Source of the DNA: Anaerolineales bacterium
Lineage (GTDB): Bacteria > Chloroflexota > Anaerolineae > Anaerolineales > Villigracilaceae
Direction of reading: 5' to 3'
Assembly: GCA_034436275.1 (NCBI GenBank)
Contig: DAOTVX010000038.1
Span: 1-33,264 of the forward strand
DNA: 33,264 bases
Shown here: positions 28,130 to 33,264 of the stretch, piece by piece
Position numbering within the stretch: the stretch's first letter is position 1
Layout: the number at the start of each line of letters is the position of its first letter
Position numbers and translations under genes: made by a program
The notes under the pieces: generated by a model
Database searches by the model: none
Told to the model about the DNA's origin: nothing
What the model saw: the letters and a program-made list of their open reading frames with translations, nothing else

Positions 28130-28921
28130 TTACTTCCCGCAGAACTCTTTCACCTTTTCCGCCACATCCCTGGCCGTAACCAGCGCCTCGCCTACCAGAA
28201 TGGCATCCACACCGGCCTCGGCCAGGGCACGCGCCTCGCGCGCCCCGTGAATACCGCTCTCGGCCACCACGCAGACGGAAGCGGGAATGTACGGGCGCAG
28301 ACGAAAGGTTGTTTCCAGATTGACGGAAAAATCGCGCAGGTCGCGGTTGTTAATGCCGATCAACACCGGGGCACACTCCAGGGCACGCGGCAGCTCGTCC
28401 AGGCGGTGTACTTCAACCAGCGGCGTCATGCCCAACTGCCGCGCCAGCGCATGCAGGCGAAGCAGGGTAGGCTGGTCCAGGCCGGCGACGATGAGGAGCA
28501 CCGCGTCGGCGCCTGCGGCGCGCGCCTCATACACCTGATACTCATCACAGAGAAAATCTTTGCGCAGCAACGGCAGGCGCGGGACGAGAGCGGCAATCTG
28601 GCTCAGAAAATCGAGATGTCCCTGAAAGTACCGCTCATCGGTCAGGACGCTGATGGCGGCGGCGCCATTCGCCGTGTACAGGCGCGCCAGCTGCAGCGGG
28701 TCGAAATCCGGGCAGAGCACGCCCCTGGAGGGCGAGGCCTTTTTGACTTCAGCGATGAGCGCCGGCAGGGTATCGCTTCGTCCGGAACGCAAGGCGCCGA
28801 TGAAATCGAGCGCAGGAGGAGCGACCTCGGCGGCGCGTTGCACGGCTGCCAGCGGCCTGACCTGCCTGCGCCCGGCTACTTCCCTGCGCTTATGGGCAAA
28901 AATCTCATCCAGAATGCTCAT
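28130..28921 (-). CDS. trpC: Indole-3-glycerol-phosphate synthase
   Basis: IAEVKKASPSRG ... LRKDF ... GADAVLLI ... VVAESGI motifs of TrpC. Confidence 0.9.
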   Translation of the reverse strand: MSILDEIFAHKRREVAGRRQVRPLAAVQRAAEVAPPALDFIGALRSGRSDTLPALIAEVKKASPSRGVLCPDFDPLQLARLYTANGAAAISVLTDERYFQGHLDFLSQIAALVPRLPLLRKDFLCDEYQVYEARAAGADAVLLIVAGLDQPTLLRLHALARQLGMTPLVEVHRLDELPRALECAPVLIGINNRDLRDFSVNLETTFRLRPYIPASVCVVAESGIHGAREARALAEAGVDAILVGEALVTARDVAEKVKEFCGK

Positions 28922-28936
28922 TTTCGGCTTTGCGCT

Positions 28937-31900
28937 TCACGCCTGTCTGGCATTCACTTCGGCAAATTTCTGACTCTGCGCAACCAGCGCCTCCAGTCTG
29001 GCCAGGGCCGCGCCGCTATCCAGCGCCTGGCGCGCCTCCTCCAGAGCCGCCGTCAGGTCGCCGCTTTCTGCCGCCAGCGCCGCTGCCGCGTTCAGCAAAA
29101 CCACATCCCGGCGCGGTGAGCGGTCCTCACCGCTGAGAATCGCCCGCAGGGCAGCAGCATTCTCCTCAGGCGTTCCGCCGCGCAGATCATCCAGACTGAC
29201 GGGGCGCAATCCGAACTCAGCCGGGTCCAGATCAAAGGTGGTCACGCGGCCATCGCGCAAGGCGCTGACGCGATTCGGCCCGGCGGTCGTCAGTTCATCC
29301 AGACCGCCATACCCATGAACGACAAACGCGCCGCGACTGCCCAGTTCGCCCAGCACCTCGGCCAGCGGTTCGGTGAGCGCCGCGTCAAACACGCCGATCA
29401 ATTGATGCGTGGCTCCGGCGGGATTGGTCAGGGGGCCAAGGATGTTGAAAATCGTTCGCTGTCCCAGTTCACGACGCGGGCCGATGGCATGTTTCATGGC
29501 CGGGTGAAAACGCGGCGCGAAGATAAACCCGATGCCGACTTCTTCAATACAGGCCGCCACCTGTTCGGGCGTTAAGTCCAGATTGACGCCCAGCGCGGCC
29601 AGCACATCGGCGCTGCCACAGCGAGAGGAGGCGGCGCGATTGCCATGCTTGGCAACTTTCCGCCCGGCGCCCGCCAGGACGAACGCCGCCGCCGTGGAGA
29701 TGTTGAACGTGTGCCGGCCATCGCCGCCGGTACCGGCTGTATCAAGCAGGCTGCCGCCGTTCACCCGCACCGGCACGCGCGTCGCCTGGGCGCGCATAGC
29801 GCGCACACTGCCAACGATCTCGGCCACCGTCTCGCCCTTCATGCGCAGCGCCGTCAGGTAAGCGCCTATTTGAGCCGGCGTAGCCTGACCGCTCATGATG
29901 ACCTGCATTGCCTGCTCGGCCTCTTCAGCAGTCAGGTGTTGGTGCTGCAAGAGTTTGGCAAGAAATGGTTTTAACATATCAACCTCCTTTGCAGATGAAA
30001 CGGAGGGCGGCGTCTCGCCTTTGTTCGTCGGCGCGCCGCCTCTCACCGCCAGAAAATTGGTTAACAGTTCCTTCCCATACTGGGTCAGAATCGACTCGGG
30101 ATGAAACTGCACACCAAAGATAGGGTATTCCCTATGGCGCAGTCCCATCACTTCTCCTTCCGCCGTAGTCGCGGTCACCTCCAGCACCGGCGGCAACGGC
30201 TCTTTGACAATCAGGGAATGGTAGCGCGTTGCCTGAAACGGGCTGGGCAGGCCGGCAAACAAATCCCTGCCCTGATGTTGAATCAACGAAGTTTTGCCAT
30301 GCATCAGGCGCGGTGCGCGCACGACCTCGCCGCCAAAAACTGCCGCAATGCACTGGTGACCGAGACAAACGCCCAGCAGCGGGAGGCGCGGCCCCAGACG
30401 ACGAATCACCTCGTTCGAGATACCGGCGTCGGCCGGCGTCCCTGGTCCAGGCGAGATCACAATATGGGTGGGATTCAGCGCCTCAATATCTTCCACACGA
30501 ACGGCATCGTTGCGGAATACCCGGACTTCGGCCCCCAGTTCTTCCAGATATTGCGCCAGATTGTAGGTGAAGGAATCGTAATTATCAATCAGCACCACCC
30601 GCCAGCCGCGACCTTCAACCGCCGCCATACTCTCCGCGCCTTTGCGCCGGCCCTCGGCGTTCTCCACCGCCACCACCAGCGCCCGCGCTTTATTCAGGCT
30701 TTCCTGATACTCGCGCTCCGGATCCGAATCGGCGACGACCCCGCCCCCCGCCTGAATATGCACCGTATCGCCCTGCATCACCAGCGTGCGCAGGGTAATG
30801 CAGGTATCCAGCGAACCATCGTAGGAAAAGTAGCCGACCACGCCGGCATAGATACCGCGCGGCTGTCCTTCCAGTTCTTGAATAATCTGCATGGCGCGCA
30901 CCTTTGGCGCCCCGCTGACCGTCCCGGCCGGGAAGGTGGCCTGGAGCAGATCGAAGGCGTCCTGATCGGGGCGTAGTTCGCCCTCCACCTGCGAGACAAT
31001 ATGCATCACATGCGAATAACGTTCGATGACCATCTCTTCCGAAACATGGACGCTGCCGCCCAGACAAACGCGCCCGAGGTCATTGCGCGCCAGGTCCACC
31101 AGCATAACGTGCTCAGCGCGTTCTTTCGGGTCGGCCAGGAGTTCCTGTTCGATGGTCGCATCCTCGGCGGCGCTCTTACCACGTGGACGGGTGCCGGCAA
31201 TGGGGCGAATCAGGGCGCGCCGCCCCTCCAGGCGCACGTGCACTTCAGGCGAGGCGCCGATGAGGCGTAACGGGGCAGGTGCGGTCAGAGCGCCAAAATC
31301 GAAGTAGAACATGTATGGCGAGGGATTGAGGCGGCGCAGGGCGCGGTAAATATCCAGCGGCGTGGCGCTGGTCTTGCGACTCAACCGTTGCGAGGGGACC
31401 ACCTGAAAAATATCTCCGGCGCGGATGTATTCCTGAGCGCGGCGCACCATGCTCAGGTATTCTTCACGCGTCTTGTTGGAATGCATCCCGCCGGCGACCA
31501 TGCCGGTCGGCTCGGCCTGGCGTTCCGGCAGCGGCGCGTTCAGGCGCGTCTCCAGGTCATCGAGACGGGCGGACGCGGCCTCTATCTCCTGTTCATTTTC
31601 GGTCACTGCCAGCAACAGCAAGCGTCCATAGGCATGATCAAAGACAACCAGCGTGTTGGCCTGTAAAAAGATGGCTTCTGGCCAGGCGCGTTCGGGCTGG
31701 ATCGGCACCGTTGGTTCAAAGAAGCGCACCACGTCATAGCCCACATAACCCACCAGGCCGCCGACAAAGCGCGGCAGTCCCGGCACGTTGACCGCCTCGC
31801 GCATGCCCAGCGCGGCGCGCAGTAAGCGCAGTGGATTTTCGCCGTCCGTCAAGGCATGCCGCTCGACGCCTTCGGCAGTGTGAATCTCCCAGGCCCCATC

Positions 31901-32116
31901 CCGAAGCAGATAGGCCTTTTGCGGTCTGACGCCGACGAACGAATAGCGCGCCACCTGTTCGCCGCCGGTCACACTCTCCAGCAAGAACGAGGGTTGATGG
32001 TCAGCGAGTTTCAGGTACACCGATATGGGCGTCTCCAAATCGGCGTTGTGTTCGCGCAGCAGGACGCGCCGTTCGCCGCCAAGTGGAAAGACTTGTTGAT
32101 GAACATGGACTTTCAT
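28937..32116 (-). CDS. trpEGD: Trifunctional fusion: anthranilate synthase component I (TrpE) + glutamine amidotransferase (TrpG) + anthranilate phosphoribosyltransferase (TrpD), 1060 aa
   Basis: Single stop-free frame. TrpE part (SFLLESV ... ends [18 protein letters not shown]). TrpG part ([30 protein letters not shown] catalytic triad). TrpD part ([10 protein letters not shown]..., [11 protein letters not shown], ...). Start set at ATG 32114-32116, 6 nt after a GGAGG ribosome-binding site. The ORF is open upstream to 32230. Confidence 0.85.
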   Translation of the reverse strand: MKVHVHQQVFPLGGERRVLLREHNADLETPISVYLKLADHQPSFLLESVTGGEQVARYSFVGVRPQKAYLLRDGAWEIHTAEGVERHALTDGENPLRLLRAALGMREAVNVPGLPRFVGGLVGYVGYDVVRFFEPTVPIQPERAWPEAIFLQANTLVVFDHAYGRLLLLAVTENEQEIEAASARLDDLETRLNAPLPERQAEPTGMVAGGMHSNKTREEYLSMVRRAQEYIRAGDIFQVVPSQRLSRKTSATPLDIYRALRRLNPSPYMFYFDFGALTAPAPLRLIGASPEVHVRLEGRRALIRPIAGTRPRGKSAAEDATIEQELLADPKERAEHVMLVDLARNDLGRVCLGGSVHVSEEMVIERYSHVMHIVSQVEGELRPDQDAFDLLQATFPAGTVSGAPKVRAMQIIQELEGQPRGIYAGVVGYFSYDGSLDTCITLRTLVMQGDTVHIQAGGGVVADSDPEREYQESLNKARALVVAVENAEGRRKGAESMAAVEGRGWRVVLIDNYDSFTYNLAQYLEELGAEVRVFRNDAVRVEDIEALNPTHIVISPGPGTPADAGISNEVIRRLGPRLPLLGVCLGHQCIAAVFGGEVVRAPRLMHGKTSLIQHQGRDLFAGLPSPFQATRYHSLIVKEPLPPVLEVTATTAEGEVMGLRHREYPIFGVQFHPESILTQYGKELLTNFLAVRGGAPTNKGETPPSVSSAKEVDMLKPFLAKLLQHQHLTAEEAEQAMQVIMSGQATPAQIGAYLTALRMKGETVAEIVGSVRAMRAQATRVPVRVNGGSLLDTAGTGGDGRHTFNISTAAAFVLAGAGRKVAKHGNRAASSRCGSADVLAALGVNLDLTPEQVAACIEEVGIGFIFAPRFHPAMKHAIGPRRELGQRTIFNILGPLTNPAGATHQLIGVFDAALTEPLAEVLGELGSRGAFVVHGYGGLDELTTAGPNRVSALRDGRVTTFDLDPAEFGLRPVSLDDLRGGTPEENAAALRAILSGEDRSPRRDVVLLNAAAALAAESGDLTAALEEARQALDSGAALARLEALVAQSQKFAEVNARQA

Positions 32117-32535
32117 ACCTGCCTCCATCCAACAGCCGGTAAACAAAAATCTCCTCTCATCCGAGGGACGAGAGGAGATTCCCGTGGTGCCACCCTGATT
32201 AGGCTGGCCTGTCTCCTGCGCAGGAAACAAAAACCCGTCGGTCAGACGACGGGAAAAGGAAAGCCAGCCTCACTCGTTACGGGTACAGCCGGGTGCTTTC
32301 TCACGCCATGGGTTGCCATGACTGAAGCACCTTGTGCGCGAAGAGCGGCGATACCCTTTGCCCAGATAACGGTGGCAACTCCGGCGCGGGCTACTTGGCA
32401 ACGGCCTTTCGCCCTGCGGCTCCGAGAACCATTCAGCGCCGGCGTCTGGGTCGGGCTTTCACCTGGCCCCGACTCTCTGTACCAGCGTTTCAGCGCTTAC
32501 TCTTTCTCTTCACAGCCTTTCACACGTTCCATTGT
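32117..32535 (-). ncRNA. T-box riboswitch leader (presumed tRNA-Trp responsive) of the trp operon
   Basis: Minus-strand AATCAGGGTGGCACCACGGG (plus 32181-32200) matches the T-box consensus AAUUAGGGUGGNACCGCGG. It is followed immediately by a terminator with a 10-bp stem (32149-32158 / 32170-32179) and UUUUUGUUU. A second hairpin cccgtcg-tctgac-cgacggg + tttttgttt lies at ~32232-32262. Confidence 0.6.
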
Positions 32536-32542
32536 TGGCGGT

Positions 32543-32571
32543 TTTATACCAGATATAGACAACTTTGTCAA
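32543..32571 (-). promoter_or_regulatory. Sigma70-like promoter of the trp operon (extended -10)
   Basis: Minus strand reads TTGACA (32571-32566), a 17-nt spacer ending in TGG, then TATAAA (32548-32543). About 420 nt upstream of the trpEGD start, consistent with a T-box leader. Confidence 0.55.
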
Positions 32572-32617
32572 GGTCGCGCGCTCATAGTAATTACCTACCC
32601 GCTGTCATGGTGAGGTG

Positions 32618-32803
32618 AGGCGGCGATAGGGCCACGCCCGAGGCTCGCCCGAGTCGCCGCCGAAGCGGTAGACTGTAGACGCCCGTAGCACGGGCTTTCC
32701 AGCCCGTCGGGGGCAGGCCGCCAACGAATGGGAAAACGAATCAACGCACGCAGACCGCGGACGACCGTAGAACGGGCTTTCGAGCCCGTCGGGAGCAGGC
32801 CGT
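32618..32803. repeat. ~85-bp tandem repeat (two units plus a GC hairpin), same family as 207-313
   Basis: gacgcccgtagcacgggctttccagcccgtcgggggcaggccg (32679-32721), ccaacgaatgggaaaacgaatcaacgcacgcagaccgcggac (32722-32763), then gaccgtagaacgggctttcgagcccgtcgggagcaggccg (32764-32803). Each unit contains the hairpin acgggct-ttcc-agcccgt. Preceded by ggcggcga...tcgccgcc. Confidence 0.7.
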
Positions 32804-33264
32804 TCAGGAATAGGTACATCTTCGCCATAATGTCCAGTGGGGATCAGCGATCTTGACAGGGTTATTGTTCGAATAAGCATACCTATCATACCCCTGCACC
32901 CCCGGCGGAATGATGGTATCCGCACTCACAAACCGCCCCAGGGTGGGACTGTACCAGCGCGCATTGTAAAAGTACAGACCGAACTCTACCAGATGCGAGT
33001 ACTGCCCCGTGTACGTGTAGCGCGTCGACAGCGCACCCCTATTATACCGCTCCTCCCCCCACGGCCGATAGCGCACCTCGCTCACCACACGCCCAGCCCC
33101 GTCCACCACCAGGCTGGTTGAGCCTAGATGGTCGCCGAACAGGTAGTGCACCTGCCCACCCTGCCGCAACGCCACCCGCCGCCCGTTCAATTCGTAGTAC
33201 TTCGTCACCGGGTCGGTCGTGTACCGATACACCGTCTCCCATTCCGCCAGATTCCCCACCGCAT
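32804..33264 (-). CDS. RHS repeat-associated core domain protein, C-terminal fragment (gene continues beyond window); toxin tip essentially absent
   Basis: GLYFYNARWYSPTLGRFVSADT ... DRYAYSNNNPVKIADPHW matches the RHS-core signature (GLYYxRARYYDPxxGRFxSxDP ... RYAYxxNNPxxxxDPxG). Only 9 residues follow before the stop. Confidence 0.7.
   Translation of the reverse strand, partial: AVGNLAEWETVYRYTTDPVTKYYELNGRRVALRQGGQVHYLFGDHLGSTSLVVDGAGRVVSEVRYRPWGEERYNRGALSTRYTYTGQYSHLVEFGLYFYNARWYSPTLGRFVSADTIIPPGVQGYDRYAYSNNNPVKIADPHWTLWRRCTYS

Noticed and set aside
28937-32230. Longer 1097-aa version of trpEGD starting at ATG 32228
   Set aside because: The extra 37 residues ([14 protein letters not shown]…) overlap the T-box terminator and U-tract. 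ATG 32114 has a proper GGAGG ribosome-binding site and gives a canonical TrpE N-terminus.
31856-32587. 243-aa plus-strand ORF
   Set aside because: Antisense to the trpE 5' end and the T-box leader. No ribosome-binding site. Explained by the minus-strand features.
32679-32803. Possible mini-CRISPR (two ~42-bp repeats separated by a 42-bp 'spacer')
   Set aside because: The 'spacer' sequence is itself conserved in the other copy of the family (211-245), so this is a tandem repeat unit, not repeat-spacer architecture. No cas genes are nearby.
1-33264. tRNA/rRNA genes
   Set aside because: I scanned intergenic regions for T-arm GTTCRANYC motifs and found no convincing cloverleaf. The closest look-alike (ggctttcgagccc, 32775-32787) is part of the tandem repeat hairpin.

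Overview
This is a high-GC bacterial chromosomal window with about 27 protein-coding genes. I see no rRNA or tRNA genes and no CRISPR array. Three blocks are the most informative.

(1) A tightly packed, promoter-driven three-gene cassette at 517-4479 encodes two membrane SPFH (band-7-like) proteins and a LexA/UmuD-like S24 autopeptidase. The S24 protein has no DNA-binding domain and a TPR-like N-terminus. It is followed, with no terminator, by pseudouridine kinase (psuK) and pseudouridine-5'-phosphate glycosidase (psuG). This is my candidate for an undescribed damage- or stress-sensing membrane module.

(2) A complete minus-strand trp operon (25447-32116) has a single 1060-aa TrpE-TrpG-TrpD triple-fusion ORF, plus trpC, trpF, trpB and trpA with ATGA overlaps. 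It is preceded by a sigma70-like promoter and a T-box (tRNA-sensing) leader with a recognisable T-box sequence and a terminator hairpin.

(3) Two short non-coding repeat families are present. One is a MITE-like element built from nested inverted repeats (gtcattgcgag...cgaagcaatc / gattgcttcg...ctcgcaatgac). It has five copies, one with clear terminal inverted repeats and a 9-bp target-site duplication. The other is an ~85-bp tandem repeat found at both window ends. The right-hand copy abuts an RHS core-domain gene that ends only 9 aa after its core and lacks a toxin tip.

Other genes: MgtC, a VOC/glyoxalase-like protein, a 739-aa hypothetical protein with a degenerate methyltransferase-like motif and a Cys-rich zinc ribbon, a GH13 alpha-glucosidase, an MFS transporter preceded by a short DarA/PII-like (DUF970) protein, a serA-like dehydrogenase with its usual DUF1015 partner, a Memo-like protein, an R3H/Ycf45-like ATPase, an aldo-keto reductase, a flotillin-like protein (the third SPFH protein in the window), an AI-2E transporter and a GT2 glycosyltransferase.

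All functional calls come from reading motifs in the translated ORFs. I ran no database searches.
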